From the NCBI GenBank assembly GCA_905479015.1, contig CAJQKV010000009.1:7187-71186 (forward strand): 64,000 bases of DNA, given 5' to 3'. The position numbers and the translations under genes are program-made. Under the pieces are notes generated by a model. That model saw only the letters and a program-made list of their open reading frames with translations. It was not told where the DNA came from and made no database searches. This DNA is from an uncultured Cyclobacteriaceae bacterium. Lineage in GTDB: Bacteria; Bacteroidota; Bacteroidia; Cytophagales; Cyclobacteriaceae. Each line of letters starts with the position of its first letter. Position 1 is the first letter of the stretch. Positions 38,320 to 49,694 of the stretch are shown piece after piece.

Positions 38320-40329
38320 ATGAAAATAGGAGCAAATTTTCCTGCGAAAACACCAGAAGGTCCTATTGAGGACAAATGGACTTCTTACAAAAATAAAATT
38401 GATCTGGTTAACCCAGCCAATAAACGACTCATAGATATTATTGTAGTCGGCACAGGATTGGCCGGGGGCTCAGCAGCGGCTTCTTTGGCCGAATTGGGAT
38501 ACAATGTCAAAGCTTTTTGTTTTCAAGATTCTCCACGTAGAGCCCATTCTATCGCCGCGCAAGGCGGCATCAATGCCTCGAAAAATTACATGGGGGACGG
38601 TGACTCAGATTATCGCCTCTTCTACGACACGGTAAAAGGGGGTGATTACAGAGCTAGGGAAGAGAATGTTTATCGCTTGGCAGAAGTATCAGGCAACATC
38701 ATCGATCAGTGTGTTGCACAGGGTGTCCCTTTTGCTAGAGATTATGGGGGTTTGTTGGACAATCGCTCTTTTGGTGGCGTTTTGGTCTCTAGAACTTTTT
38801 ATGCCAAAGGTCAAACCGGACAACAATTGCTATTAGGTGCCTACTCAGCGATGAATAGACAGATAGCGAGGGGTAAAATAAAGATGTACAACCGTCATGA
38901 GATGATGGATTTGGTGATCGTAGAGGGTAAAGCAAGGGGAATCATTGCCAAAAACTTGATCACAGGTGAACTTGAAAGACACTCGGCTCATGCCGTAGTG
39001 ATCGCTTCAGGAGGTTATGGTAATGTCTTCTATTTATCAACCAATGCCATGGGCAGTAATGTTTCGGCAGCCTGGAAAATTCATAGAAAAGGCGCTTGGT
39101 TTGCCAATCCTTGCTTCACTCAAATACACCCTACTTGTATCCCCGTATCCGGAGATCACCAGTCGAAGTTGACTTTGATGTCAGAATCTTTAAGAAATGA
39201 TGGCCGAATTTGGGTACCCGCCAAGGAAGAAGATGTAAAAGCCATTCGATCAGGAACACTGAAGCCAACGGCAATCGCAGAGGCAGATAGAGATTATTTT
39301 TTGGAACGTCGCTATCCGGCCTTCGGTAATCTCGTGCCGAGAGATGTGGCTTCTAGAGCTGCCAAAGAAAGATGTGATGCTGGGTTTGGTGTAAATGCTA
39401 CCGGCGAAGCGGTCTATTTAGATTTTGCTGCTGCCGTGATAAGATACGGAAAAGAAAAAGCCCTGGTTACGCACCAAGATGCAAACAACGAAGCCTTAGT
39501 TCTTGAGTTGGGGAGAGAAATTATTGCCACTAAATACGGCAACCTTTTCCAAATGTATGAAAAAATAGTTGATGAAAATCCTTATGAAACTCCCATGATG
39601 ATTTACCCTGCGGTGCACTACACAATGGGCGGCGTCTGGGTTGATTATGATTTGATGACTACTGTTCCTGGTTGCTATGCGATTGGAGAAGCAAATTTTT
39701 CCGAACATGGCGCCAATCGCCTTGGTGCCTCAGCATTGATGCAAGGTTTAGCGGATGGCTATTTTGTTCTTCCTTATACCATTGGCAATTACCTCGCCAA
39801 GGATATTCGTACCGGAGCGATCCCTGTGGACACTCCAGAATTTGCCGCCGCTGAAAAGGGCGTACAAGAGCAACTTGAACGCTTCATCAATAACAAAGGC
39901 TCGAAACCCGTTGATTATTTTCACAAAAAACTGGGTAAAATCATGTGGGATAAAGTAGGCATGTCCAGAAATAGCAAAGACCTAAAAGAAGCCATCGAGG
40001 AAATTCAAGCCATCAGAGATGAATTTTACAAGGAAGTAAAAGTACCCGGAGACTTAGATGGCTTTAATGAGGAATTAGCAAAAGCGGGTAGGGTTGCTGA
40101 CTTTTTAGAATTAGGAGAACTTTTTGCAAAAGATGCTTTAAACAGGGAAGAATCCTGTGGAGGTCATTTCAGAGAAGAACACCAAACACCAGAAGGTGAA
40201 GCCAAAAGAGACAAAGCCTTTCAGTATGTGGCTGCTTGGGAGCATAATGGAGCCCCAAAAGACGCGAATCTTCACAAAGAAATGCTTGATTATAAATACA
40301 TTGAAGTAAAAGAAAGAAGTTACAAGTAA
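38320..40329 (+). CDS. sdhA: Succinate dehydrogenase/fumarate reductase flavoprotein subunit
   Basis: 669 aa. FAD motif '[13 protein letters not shown]' and covalent-FAD His context '[13 protein letters not shown]'. Confidence 0.95.
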   Translation: MKIGANFPAKTPEGPIEDKWTSYKNKIDLVNPANKRLIDIIVVGTGLAGGSAAASLAELGYNVKAFCFQDSPRRAHSIAAQGGINASKNYMGDGDSDYRLFYDTVKGGDYRAREENVYRLAEVSGNIIDQCVAQGVPFARDYGGLLDNRSFGGVLVSRTFYAKGQTGQQLLLGAYSAMNRQIARGKIKMYNRHEMMDLVIVEGKARGIIAKNLITGELERHSAHAVVIASGGYGNVFYLSTNAMGSNVSAAWKIHRKGAWFANPCFTQIHPTCIPVSGDHQSKLTLMSESLRNDGRIWVPAKEEDVKAIRSGTLKPTAIAEADRDYFLERRYPAFGNLVPRDVASRAAKERCDAGFGVNATGEAVYLDFAAAVIRYGKEKALVTHQDANNEALVLELGREIIATKYGNLFQMYEKIVDENPYETPMMIYPAVHYTMGGVWVDYDLMTTVPGCYAIGEANFSEHGANRLGASALMQGLADGYFVLPYTIGNYLAKDIRTGAIPVDTPEFAAAEKGVQEQLERFINNKGSKPVDYFHKKLGKIMWDKVGMSRNSKDLKEAIEEIQAIRDEFYKEVKVPGDLDGFNEELAKAGRVADFLELGELFAKDALNREESCGGHFREEHQTPEGEAKRDKAFQYVAAWEHNGAPKDANLHKEMLDYKYIEVKERSYK

Positions 40330-40351
40330 GAGCTAGTAAAATTCATAGGAG

Positions 40352-41098
40352 ATGGACTTAAAACTAAAAATATGGCGACAGAAAAATGCCGCTGCCAAAG
40401 GTAAGATTGTTGATTACGATATCAGTGAGGTCTCCTCCGATATGTCATTCTTAGAAATGCTTGATGTACTGAATAGAGAGCTTACCGAGAAAGGTGATGA
40501 GCCTGTGAGTTTTGATCACGACTGTAGGGAGGGTATCTGTGGGTCTTGTTCCCTTCAGATCAATGGCCGTCCGCATGGTCCTGATGGAGGTACCACTACC
40601 TGCCAACTCCACATGCGAAAATTCAAAGATGGAGACAGCATCGTCATTGAACCCTTTCGCGCCAAAGCATTTCCGATCGTTAAAGATTTGATCATAGATC
40701 GATCAGCCTTTGATCGTGTACAACATGCCGGTGCTTTTATCTCCGTAAACACTTCTGGAAATACGCAAGACGCCAATGCGACTCCCATCAACAAAGGGGA
40801 TGCAGATCACGCTTTTGACGCCGCCTCCTGTATTGGCTGCGGGGCCTGTGTCGCAGCATGTAAAAATGCTTCAGCCATGCTTTTTGTCTCTGCAAAAGTT
40901 TCACAATATGCCTTATTGCCTCAGGGTCAAGTGGAACGTGAAAAGAGAGTAACAGACATGGTTTCTCAAATGGATGAAGAAGGATTTGGTGCCTGTACCA
41001 ACACGGGTGCTTGTGAAGCTGAGTGTCCCAAAGGCATCAGTATCACCAATATTGCTCGGATGAACCGCGAATTCATTGGGTCTAATTTAAAATCTTAA
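40352..41098 (+). CDS. sdhB: Succinate dehydrogenase/fumarate reductase iron-sulfur subunit
   Basis: 248 aa. Cys clusters 'CREGICGSC', '[11 protein letters not shown]' and '[12 protein letters not shown]'. Confidence 0.95.
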   Translation: MDLKLKIWRQKNAAAKGKIVDYDISEVSSDMSFLEMLDVLNRELTEKGDEPVSFDHDCREGICGSCSLQINGRPHGPDGGTTTCQLHMRKFKDGDSIVIEPFRAKAFPIVKDLIIDRSAFDRVQHAGAFISVNTSGNTQDANATPINKGDADHAFDAASCIGCGACVAACKNASAMLFVSAKVSQYALLPQGQVEREKRVTDMVSQMDEEGFGACTNTGACEAECPKGISITNIARMNREFIGSNLKS

Positions 41099-41114
41099 TA
41101 GCCAATAGGTACTC

Positions 41115-41150
41115 AAAAAAAACCTTGGTACAGACGCAAGGTTTTTTTTT
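41115..41150 (+). terminator. Intrinsic terminator after sdhB (A-tract / stem-loop / T-tract, potentially bidirectional)
   Basis: The sequence is aaaaaaAACCTTGgtacagacgCAAGGTTttttttt. It has a 7-bp stem (41121-41127 / 41137-41143), a 9-nt loop and a run of T to 41150. Confidence 0.8.
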
Positions 41151-41209
41151 GTTCTCTGATCTTTGATGGATTTTAACCTTTAATTGAATATTTTACCTGT
41201 CAGGTGGCT

Positions 41210-43891
41210 ATGAAAAAAAACTTGGTGATCTTATTTGGAGCCTTATTTATCTTCACATCAGGCTATTTTATATGGTCCATTTGGAATCAAGAAAGTTCTG
41301 CTGACCTATGGGACTTTGTTCCAGAAAATTCAGGACTTGTATACGAAAGTAATGACCTAGGTGGGACACTTCTCAGATTACAAGACCTTGAGTCATTTCA
41401 ATCACTTATCCGTATTCCTAGCTTAGGAAAGCTTCCTGATCACATTGCAAAAATAGAACAATTGACAGGATTAAACTCGTTTTACTCTTTTCTTGATAAA
41501 ACTTCTGGGATAATCAGTCTTCACAATACCGGCAAAAATGAATTTGACTTTCTTTACTTAGTCGCAATGAATGACTTGAACACTACTGATGTCGTGTCAA
41601 AATTGATCACTCCTCTTGTTGCTAAGGCAATAGAGAAGCAACCTCGAACTTATTTAGGTTTCGAATTGAATGAAGTTTCCTTATCTTTTACAGCTAGTCA
41701 TTTAACTTACCTAATTTATGATCATTATTTCATTGCCAGCTTTACTCCCTATCTTGTTGAGGATGCCATAAGAACTTTCGAAGATGAAAATTATAAGTCC
41801 TTTAGAGAGGTCTTTGCTGAACATCAGCAAATAACAAAAATCAAACAAGATGAAGGCAATGTCTACCTTAATTATAAGAGTTTCATTAAGGGCACTCAGG
41901 CCTTTGCCGCAAACGATCTCGATAAAAAGTTTTTAACCTCTGCTTTTTTAGACCTCAATATCGAAGACGACCACATCAGTTTAAGTGGCTTTTCATTTGC
42001 CGATAGTAGCAAAATCTTGCAAATGATCAAAGGCATCACCGGTGCGCCATTAGATATGTCAGATGTCATCAGCAATGGTACTTCGATCCTTCACCATTTT
42101 AGTTTTCAAGATCCTTATTTGTGGAGAGATCAACAAAAAAATACGGATCTCCTTGATCAAAAAACGTCCTATTCTAACCTATCTGTCATTCCTCGGGATG
42201 CTCTGGAATTTCTAGATCAAGAAATAGGTCGTGCCATCCAACTCAGAAATGGGCAAAAAGTTCCTATCCTTATAATCGAATGTAAAAACAGCGAGGGTCT
42301 CATTCACTATTTAGATGCGATAGCCAAACAAATACCTAACCAACGCTCAGATCACTTTTTTGTTGAGCAGTACAAACAACATATCATCCGAAAACTTCCT
42401 GTAAAAAATCTTCCCGTTTTATTATTTGGAGATATCGCAAAAGATCTTCCTGAAGGCTATTATAGTTCATTTGAAAACTATGTATTGATGAGTCCAAATC
42501 TTCCAGTGTTAAAAGAATTTTTATCCGATATTTTAAATGAAAACACTTGGGGCAAAACATTAAGTAAGAAAAAGTTCCTGAAAAAAATCAACAAGGCTTC
42601 TCCCCACACTATTATTGTCAACGGTGCAGAATCTTGGGACCATTTGTATCCTGCAATGCAGCCACAATGGCAAAATGATTTTATGGTGTCTGAAATGATT
42701 TTTAAAAGCTTTGGGCATCTTGCCATCCAATTTTCAAGTATTGATGATAAATATTTTACCAGTATTTTCATTGAAAAGAACAGCCCATCTTCCGAAAGAA
42801 ACAGCCCGTTAATAAAAACAAATAGACTTGAATTTGACCATCACTTAATTTCAAAGCCTTATTTGGTCACTGACCATAGAAATGGGAATAATGAAATAAT
42901 TGTTCAAGACAACGAAAAAGTAATTTATCTTGTTGATGCAGATTTTCAGATAAGCTGGCAACGCCCCCTTTTCCTGCCCATAGTAGGCACGATACATCAA
43001 ATAGACTTTTATAAAAACGAAAAGCTACAATATGCCTTCATCACCAATGATTCTCTCTATGTGATAGATAGAAAAGGTCAAAATGTAGCGAACTTTCCGA
43101 AATATTTAGCACCGCATCTCAAAAGTTTAGAAATCGTAGATTACGATCAAAAAAGAAACTACCGGTTTTCAATTACCACACAGCAGGGCGATGCCTTCCT
43201 CACGGATAAGTCTGGAACTCCTCTGGAAGGATGGAATCCTTATCATTTTGAAAAGGATATCATTGGATCCATGCGCCATTTCAGGATCGGCGGTACCGAT
43301 GTGTATACGGTTGTATTGGTCAATGGTGAAATCTTTTTGCTCAGCAGACGGGCTAAAATTTATAAGGGATTTCCCCTAAAACTAAATCTTAATACAGAAA
43401 GTGATTACCACCTACGTATTGGGAGTAATTTCAAATCATCTGATTGGATCCTGCTCACTGAAAATGGTACCCTATTTCAGATGAATCTTAAAGGCGAAAT
43501 CCTCCACAAAAAACAATTATATAAGCCAGCAACTGATACCCAATTTACTCTTATTAATGACTCAAAAAATAAAAAATATGTGATCGCTAAAGCGACTAAA
43601 ACTAAGATCACTTTAGTCAATGATCAAGACGAAATCTACTTTGAGAAAAATCACCCTCTTGATAAAAAAATACTAATTCAACTTTTCAATAACGGTAATC
43701 AAGGTGATTATATCGTTTTTAATCATATCGAAGATGGATACATGCGCCTCTTTGATCTAAAGGGAAATTTACTCTCCCTCTCCCCTCTCCCAAACTCACA
43801 TCCCATCGAAATGTATAACCTAGGTAAATCTACACCAAAAGAAATCTATCTCATCAATGGAAAAACACTCCACGCATATACCAAGCCCTAA
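41210..43891 (+). CDS. Hypothetical membrane-anchored protein with ~7-8 C-terminal beta-propeller-like repeats
   Basis: The ORF track starts at the GTG at 41204; I prefer the ATG at 41210 ('MKKNLVILFGALFIFTSGYFIWSIW', an N-terminal TM helix). The last ~340 aa show a ~45-aa periodicity ('LYVIDRKGQNVANFP', 'AFLTDKSGTPLEGWNP', 'IFLLSRRAKIYKGFP', 'LFQMNLKGEILHK', 'MRLFDLKGNLLSLSP'). I recognise no catalytic motif. Confidence 0.6.
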   Translation: MKKNLVILFGALFIFTSGYFIWSIWNQESSADLWDFVPENSGLVYESNDLGGTLLRLQDLESFQSLIRIPSLGKLPDHIAKIEQLTGLNSFYSFLDKTSGIISLHNTGKNEFDFLYLVAMNDLNTTDVVSKLITPLVAKAIEKQPRTYLGFELNEVSLSFTASHLTYLIYDHYFIASFTPYLVEDAIRTFEDENYKSFREVFAEHQQITKIKQDEGNVYLNYKSFIKGTQAFAANDLDKKFLTSAFLDLNIEDDHISLSGFSFADSSKILQMIKGITGAPLDMSDVISNGTSILHHFSFQDPYLWRDQQKNTDLLDQKTSYSNLSVIPRDALEFLDQEIGRAIQLRNGQKVPILIIECKNSEGLIHYLDAIAKQIPNQRSDHFFVEQYKQHIIRKLPVKNLPVLLFGDIAKDLPEGYYSSFENYVLMSPNLPVLKEFLSDILNENTWGKTLSKKKFLKKINKASPHTIIVNGAESWDHLYPAMQPQWQNDFMVSEMIFKSFGHLAIQFSSIDDKYFTSIFIEKNSPSSERNSPLIKTNRLEFDHHLISKPYLVTDHRNGNNEIIVQDNEKVIYLVDADFQISWQRPLFLPIVGTIHQIDFYKNEKLQYAFITNDSLYVIDRKGQNVANFPKYLAPHLKSLEIVDYDQKRNYRFSITTQQGDAFLTDKSGTPLEGWNPYHFEKDIIGSMRHFRIGGTDVYTVVLVNGEIFLLSRRAKIYKGFPLKLNLNTESDYHLRIGSNFKSSDWILLTENGTLFQMNLKGEILHKKQLYKPATDTQFTLINDSKNKKYVIAKATKTKITLVNDQDEIYFEKNHPLDKKILIQLFNNGNQGDYIVFNHIEDGYMRLFDLKGNLLSLSPLPNSHPIEMYNLGKSTPKEIYLINGKTLHAYTKP

Positions 43892-43975
43892 CGAATCTCA
43901 TAGAGTATGGAAACCCCGTCAATCTGAGCCATTGCCAACTAGAATAGCCTACTAGCGCTCAATAATATAAACCCT

Positions 43976-46030
43976 TCACTTTGAAGGTGAAACCAGCAAG
44001 CCAGCTCGCCTCAACAGTGCGTCTACGGTAGGCTCAGCTCCCCTAAATTTCTTATACAGCTCCATCGGTCGTTGGGTTCCCCCTTGACTCAAAATACAAT
44101 CTTTAAAAGCCTTAGCCGTCTTGAAGTCGAAAATACCCTTTTCCATAAAGCACTCGAAGGCATCAGCATCCAGTACCTCTGCCCATTTATAACTGTAATA
44201 GCCTGAAGCATATCCCCCAGCAAAAATATGAGCAAATTGAACGCTCATGTTGGTATTTGGAATATCAGGGAAAAGATTGGTTGGCGCTAAAATATCTTTT
44301 TCTAAATTCTCAATAGAATCGATGTTCTGAGCCGCCGCATAGTTTTGATTGTGGAGCGATAAATCTAAAATTGCGAAGCTCAACTGTCTCATCGTTGCAT
44401 AGGCCTCATGAAAAGTGGTGGCGGACTTAATGCGATCAATATACGCTGAAGGAATGACCTCTCCCGTTTCATAATGATGGGCAAAAAGACGCAAACATTC
44501 TGGTTCGTAACACCAATTTTCTAATATTTGAGAAGGTAATTCCACAAAATCCCATGGCACACTGGTTCCAGATAAACTCTCATACTTAGTATCTGCGAGC
44601 ATTCCATGCAAGGCATGCCCAAACTCATGAAATAAAGTTTTAACCTCGTCAAATTTTAAAAGGGAAGGACGGTTATCGGCAGAAGGCGTGAAATTACATA
44701 CAATACTGACCTGTGGGATTGTTCGTTGACCGTTTACTTTTTTCTGACCTCGATAGGAAGTCATCCATGCACCTGGACGTTTTCCTGACCTTGGGAAATA
44801 GTCTGCCAGAAAAATGGCCTTTAATTCTTGATCTTCCCAAACTTCGTAAGCCTTGACCTCTTCATGATAAACAGGAATTTGAGCATTGAGCTTAAAAGTC
44901 AATCCAAATAATTTCTCAGCCGTTATAAAAACTCCATCAATCACCTTTTCAAGCTTAAAGTAAGGCTTGAGTAACTCATCATCAAAATTGAATTTATTTT
45001 TCCTTAACTTCTCTGCATAATAGGCCCAATCCCAACGCTCTAGTTCATGGTCAATGCCAAGGGTGCTCATGAAAGTCTTTACTTCATCGACTTCTTGAAT
45101 CGCCTTCTCTTTTGATTTTAATAATAAATCATCTAAGAAATCCTGTACCCTTGTCGGGTTTTCTGCCATTCGCTCTTCGAGAACATAACTGGCATAACTT
45201 TGATAGCCTAAAAGTTCCGCCATCTCAGCTCTGAGTCTTACAATATTCAAAACCAACTCTCGATTATCATTGGCACCTTCTTTAAATGCCTTTTGCATGT
45301 AGGCGATAAACAATTGCTTACGTAACCCTCGATGGTCTGCATTTTCCATAAAAGGAATGAACGAAGGTGCTTGCAAAGTAAATATCCACGTATCTGGCCG
45401 CTGTGTTTCAACAGCCAGCCCCTTGGCCCGATCTATCAAATCTTGAGGCAAACCCGAAAGGTCTTCTTCCTTGTTGAGAACCAATTCATAATTATTGGTT
45501 TCCGCCAATACATTCTCACCAAATTTAAGCGCCATACTTGACAGCGCTACCGTAATTTCTTTATATCTATTTTGACTCTTTGGATTAAGTCCTGCTCCAT
45601 TTCGTGCAAAGGATTTGTATGTTTTTTCCAAAAGCATACGCTCCTCCTCGGAAAGCGAATCATTCAAATTATAAATAAATTTTACTCGTTCAAATAGTTT
45701 TTTATTCAGTTTTACCTCGTTATTAAAAGAAGTAAGCAAAGGCGACACCTCCTGCGTAATCTTTTGTAATTCATCAGAAGTTTCGGCAGAATTTAAATTG
45801 AACAGTACATTGGAAACCTGATCTAAAAGTACTCCTGAACCCTCAAGTGCCTCAATAGTGTTTTCAAAAGAGGGTGGATCTAGATGCTCAGTAATTTCTG
45901 TAATTTCAATTCTCGCTTCAAGGATACCTTGCTCAATGGCAGGTAAATAATGGCTGTTTTTTATTAAATTAAAAGGTGCCATTTGAAAAGGAGTTTCAAA
46001 GGGACTAAAAAAGGGATTTGACTGAGTCAT
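43976..46030 (-). CDS. dcp: M3-family peptidyl-dipeptidase / oligopeptidase (Dcp-like)
   Basis: 684 aa. Zinc motif 'LFHEFGHALHG'. Overall M3 layout. Confidence 0.88.
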   Translation of the reverse strand: MTQSNPFFSPFETPFQMAPFNLIKNSHYLPAIEQGILEARIEITEITEHLDPPSFENTIEALEGSGVLLDQVSNVLFNLNSAETSDELQKITQEVSPLLTSFNNEVKLNKKLFERVKFIYNLNDSLSEEERMLLEKTYKSFARNGAGLNPKSQNRYKEITVALSSMALKFGENVLAETNNYELVLNKEEDLSGLPQDLIDRAKGLAVETQRPDTWIFTLQAPSFIPFMENADHRGLRKQLFIAYMQKAFKEGANDNRELVLNIVRLRAEMAELLGYQSYASYVLEERMAENPTRVQDFLDDLLLKSKEKAIQEVDEVKTFMSTLGIDHELERWDWAYYAEKLRKNKFNFDDELLKPYFKLEKVIDGVFITAEKLFGLTFKLNAQIPVYHEEVKAYEVWEDQELKAIFLADYFPRSGKRPGAWMTSYRGQKKVNGQRTIPQVSIVCNFTPSADNRPSLLKFDEVKTLFHEFGHALHGMLADTKYESLSGTSVPWDFVELPSQILENWCYEPECLRLFAHHYETGEVIPSAYIDRIKSATTFHEAYATMRQLSFAILDLSLHNQNYAAAQNIDSIENLEKDILAPTNLFPDIPNTNMSVQFAHIFAGGYASGYYSYKWAEVLDADAFECFMEKGIFDFKTAKAFKDCILSQGGTQRPMELYKKFRGAEPTVDALLRRAGLLVSPSK

Positions 46031-46049
46031 TTTTGCTAAGTTTGTATGA

Positions 46050-46057
46050 CAAATTTA
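46050..46057 (-). promoter_or_regulatory. Bacteroidota -7 promoter box for dcp
   Basis: The minus strand reads TAAATTTG, 20 nt upstream of the dcp ATG. Confidence 0.4.
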
Positions 46058-46097
46058 AAAAGGTAACAGCACAGGTACTCGCTTAAATCGTAATTAG

Positions 46098-47702
46098 ATG
46101 AAAAAAATATTTTTTACTTTGTTTTTTGGCTTTATAATCATTGGGATTGGACAATCACAGTCCTTGACAGAGGACACCGTGATGTTTGATTTGAGTACGC
46201 CCTATCAAACCATTAAATCTTTTAATTTTTATTCTCAATCGGCTCATTTTAATCCCTCACTAATCAAAAAATGTGCCGAATTAGCAAGTAATGATTCGAC
46301 AGATTTTCCCAAAAAATTAATCCAACTGATCAAGGGTGAAGGTATCTCCATAAAATTGGAGGAAATTTCAAACGATCCTAATTACCTAGACAGCACCACC
46401 CAACTTCATGTTTATAAACTTAATGAAAATTATCCTTTATTGTACCTAAAGAAAATCAATGGTCTTTGGATTTTTCCAAAAGAAAGCGTCGCAAATGTAC
46501 TGCAACTCCATGAAAAACTTTTTGCCTTTGGCGGAGATGTCCTACTTGAAATAATGGATTCTTCGCATGACAATCAATATTTTGGATTGACCGTAAATCA
46601 ATATTTAGCTGGCCTTTTTTTTATATTCACGGCCTTCGTCATTCATAAATTATTAAGCAAGTTTATTGAGAAAACCGCTCAACGAATTATAAAAAAATTA
46701 AAGGTTAAAAAAATTTCAGCAGAAGAAATGACTTCTCTGATAAAACCCTTTAGCTTTCTCATCATCATCTTACTGCTATCCTTCGTTTTCCCCATACTTC
46801 AACTACCTGCTTCATTCTCCTTTTATTTAGCCACTTCGATAAGGGCAGCCATTCCCTTACTCTTCACCATCACATCCTTTAGGTTAATCAAATTCATTGG
46901 GCTCTACCTAGAAATGAAGGCGGCTCAGACCAAAAATACGATGGATGATCAGCTGGTTCCCATCATAAGAAAATCATTGCGCGTTTTTGTGGTGACTTTT
47001 GGAACATTGGCCATTCTGCAAAGCTTAAATATTTCTATTTTACCGTTGTTGACAGGTTTATCGATAGGTGGTTTGGCCTTTGCCTTGGCGGCACAAGATA
47101 CCATCAAGAACTTCTTCGGATCTGTGATGATTTTTATTGATAAGCCTTTTCAAATTGGCCATTGGATTACGACCGATGGAGTTGATGGGACCGTCGAAGA
47201 AGTGGGACTTAGGTCTACAAGAATTAGAACCTTTTCAAATTCGTTGGTGACTGTACCCAATGGAAAATTAGCAGATGCCACCATTAATAATCATGGCTTG
47301 AGGGTCTATCGAAGGTTTTATACCACATTAAGTATCAATTACGACACGCCCCCTGCATTGATTGAGGTTTTTATAGACGGGCTAAAAGAAATCGTCAATC
47401 AACATCCAGATACAAACCCTGACTACAATAATATTTTTTTCAATGACATGGGTGCACATTCACTCAATATTATGTTTTACATATTTTTTGAAGTCCCCGA
47501 TTGGTCGAGCGAATTGAAAGCAAAGCATGAGGTTTTATTGGAAATTCTAAAATTAGGAAATGCTTTAAAAGTCAATTTTGCCTTCCCAACACAAACTTTG
47601 CATATTCCCACGCCATCCGCTGACGTAAAATATCCAGATGACCTTCAAGCCAAAGAAAATCTTACTCAATTCCTGGCTCTTAAAAAAAATAAAGACCAAT
47701 AA
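46098..47702 (+). CDS. MscS-family mechanosensitive channel with an extended N-terminal domain
   Basis: 534 aa. Signal/TM region, several TM helices, then the MscS core 'IFIDKPFQIGHWITTDGVDGTVEEVGLRSTRIRTFSNSLVTVPNGKL'. Confidence 0.85.
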   Translation: MKKIFFTLFFGFIIIGIGQSQSLTEDTVMFDLSTPYQTIKSFNFYSQSAHFNPSLIKKCAELASNDSTDFPKKLIQLIKGEGISIKLEEISNDPNYLDSTTQLHVYKLNENYPLLYLKKINGLWIFPKESVANVLQLHEKLFAFGGDVLLEIMDSSHDNQYFGLTVNQYLAGLFFIFTAFVIHKLLSKFIEKTAQRIIKKLKVKKISAEEMTSLIKPFSFLIIILLLSFVFPILQLPASFSFYLATSIRAAIPLLFTITSFRLIKFIGLYLEMKAAQTKNTMDDQLVPIIRKSLRVFVVTFGTLAILQSLNISILPLLTGLSIGGLAFALAAQDTIKNFFGSVMIFIDKPFQIGHWITTDGVDGTVEEVGLRSTRIRTFSNSLVTVPNGKLADATINNHGLRVYRRFYTTLSINYDTPPALIEVFIDGLKEIVNQHPDTNPDYNNIFFNDMGAHSLNIMFYIFFEVPDWSSELKAKHEVLLEILKLGNALKVNFAFPTQTLHIPTPSADVKYPDDLQAKENLTQFLALKKNKDQ

Positions 47703-47738
47703 TGGTCACTAGGCATGATTATTGATCTCAATTAAATA

Positions 47739-48320
47739 ATGTTTGAGATTAGAAACTACGTTTTTCTTGTCATTACTGCAGTCTGTACTTTATCCTGTGA
47801 GGAAGAAACGATCGAAGTTCCATTGGAGGACGAAAGGCTCATCCACTATGATGGGGTCAATGTATCAGCCCCTCAAATTCTTGAAGGCCTCCATGAATCC
47901 AGTATTCGTTTTGAACGTAGACACCTATTACCTTACCAAGGCCGTATCCTCGAATCTATCCAATTTTATATCTCTTATGTTCCTGATGATTTGACCTTAA
48001 GAATTTATAAAAATGAGCGATCAAGTAATGAACCTCAAACCTTATTGTACGAAGCGCTAATCACAGGTAGCCGCGCAAGTAGTTGGAATACATATGATTT
48101 AACTGAGGGTTTAATGATAGATGATTCTGAACTTTGGATCAGCCTAAGATATAGCCTAGCGGAAACACAAAGAGTCATTGGCTGTGATGCCGGACCCGCC
48201 TTCGTCAATGGCGATTGGGAGTACAGTGGCTTTGAGGATAATTGGAGTAACTTCAGAACGCGTACCAACAATCAAATAAGTATCAATTGGAATATCCGAG
48301 GTGTACTCTCAGCGCTTTAA
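47739..48320 (+). CDS. Hypothetical lipoprotein
   Basis: 193 aa. 'VITAVCTLSCEEE' is a lipoprotein-type signal. No recognisable motif. Confidence 0.55.
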   Translation: MFEIRNYVFLVITAVCTLSCEEETIEVPLEDERLIHYDGVNVSAPQILEGLHESSIRFERRHLLPYQGRILESIQFYISYVPDDLTLRIYKNERSSNEPQTLLYEALITGSRASSWNTYDLTEGLMIDDSELWISLRYSLAETQRVIGCDAGPAFVNGDWEYSGFEDNWSNFRTRTNNQISINWNIRGVLSAL

Positions 48321-48475
48321 TTATTTGTGAAGTCATCCGAAATAATTAACTTTATCAAGCGTCAAAGCCATTACGACAAGTCCTTATCAGACTTTAATGG
48401 GTGGCAAGAGGTGAGTAATTTATCTCATCTCATAAAGCATCAATCTCTTTTTACTATATTGACTTAAAAAATAAC

Positions 48476-49618
48476 GTGCCCAAAAAAAATCACCCTTTAA
48501 AATTTGAAACACGTGCCTTAAAAAGTACGCAAAATATCAAGAGTGAAGTACATGCTGTAAGTCCACCTATTTACTTATCTTCCACTTTTGAACGAAATCA
48601 CGAAGGCCAATATCAAGAGGGCTACAAATACAGTAGAAATGATAATCCCAATAGAAGAGCCCTAGAAAAAAGCATTGCAACCCTTGAAAACGGTACGGCT
48701 GGTTTTGCTTTTGGATCGGGTATGGCTGCCATCAGCGCCGTATTTCAAAGTTTAAAAACAGGGGATCACGTCATATTACCAGACGATGTGTATTTTAACC
48801 TCAACCTTCTCATGAAGGAGGTCTTCTCCAGATGGGGCCTCTCCTATAGTTTCGTCAATATGTCAGACATAGAGGCAGTTTCCAATGTCCTAACCCAACA
48901 TACCCGACTCATTTGGATTGAATCCCCATCTAATCCTCTACTCAAAATATCAGATATTCAAGGCTTAAGTAAATTGGCGCATGCCCATCAAATATTAATT
49001 GCGGTCGACAATACTTGGCCCACCCCCGTCCTTCAAAACCCCTTAGACCTTGGCGCTGACATCGTCGTCCATTCAACCACTAAGTATTTGGGGGGGCATA
49101 GTGATGTTTTGGGAGGCTGTATCATTCTCAAAGAGTCTGGAGCCCTAGCGCATCGCATCCAATCTATTCAAGTACAGATGGGCGCCATCCCGTCCCCATT
49201 TGACTGTTGGCTTATTTCCAGAGGCATACAAACGTTGCATCTTAGGGTCAATAAGCAAACGGAGAATGCCCAGAAATTGGCTGATTGGTTGGTCCAACAT
49301 CCAAAGGTCCAGCAGGTACTCTATCCCGGCTTAAAAGACCATCCCAATCATGAAATTGCGGCGCAACAAATGCTGGGTGGATTTGGGGGTATGCTCTCTT
49401 TACTGATCAATGGAGATGAAGTTCAAACGCTTTCCATCGCCAATAAACTCAGGCTTTTCACGCAAGCCACTAGTTTAGGCGGAGTCGAAAGTCTGGTAGA
49501 GCATCGAAAATCCGTAGAAGGCGCCGAAAGTCAAACACCCATCAATCTACTTCGACTCTCCTTAGGAATTGAGCATATTGAGGACCTCATCGATGACTGG
49601 AAACAAGCCTTGATATAA
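48476..49618 (+). CDS. Cys/Met-metabolism PLP-dependent enzyme (cystathionine gamma-synthase / beta- or gamma-lyase family)
   Basis: 380 aa. PLP-lysine context 'HSTTKYLGGHSDVLGG'. GTG start; there is no in-frame ATG before the conserved N-terminal 'PPIYLSSTF' region. Confidence 0.85.
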   Translation: MPKKNHPLKFETRALKSTQNIKSEVHAVSPPIYLSSTFERNHEGQYQEGYKYSRNDNPNRRALEKSIATLENGTAGFAFGSGMAAISAVFQSLKTGDHVILPDDVYFNLNLLMKEVFSRWGLSYSFVNMSDIEAVSNVLTQHTRLIWIESPSNPLLKISDIQGLSKLAHAHQILIAVDNTWPTPVLQNPLDLGADIVVHSTTKYLGGHSDVLGGCIILKESGALAHRIQSIQVQMGAIPSPFDCWLISRGIQTLHLRVNKQTENAQKLADWLVQHPKVQQVLYPGLKDHPNHEIAAQQMLGGFGGMLSLLINGDEVQTLSIANKLRLFTQATSLGGVESLVEHRKSVEGAESQTPINLLRLSLGIEHIEDLIDDWKQALI

Positions 49619-49694
49619 CTTCAATTAAAATAAAGAATCCCTAAAAAAGCCCACTACAATAAATCCCCATTTATTTAATTCTCATTTATCAAGT

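Noticed and set aside
48321-48475. Possible SAM riboswitch or attenuator upstream of the Cys/Met PLP enzyme. The region contains 'CCTTATCAG...' and an 8-bp hairpin GAGGTGAG-taatttat-CTCATCTC, followed later by CTTTTT.
   Set aside because: The conserved SAM-I core elements (GAGGGA, GCAACC, closing GATAAG strand) are absent. The SAM-II 'AAAGCU' tail is not matched (AAAGCA). The hairpin could simply terminate the upstream lipoprotein gene. There is not enough to call an RNA element.
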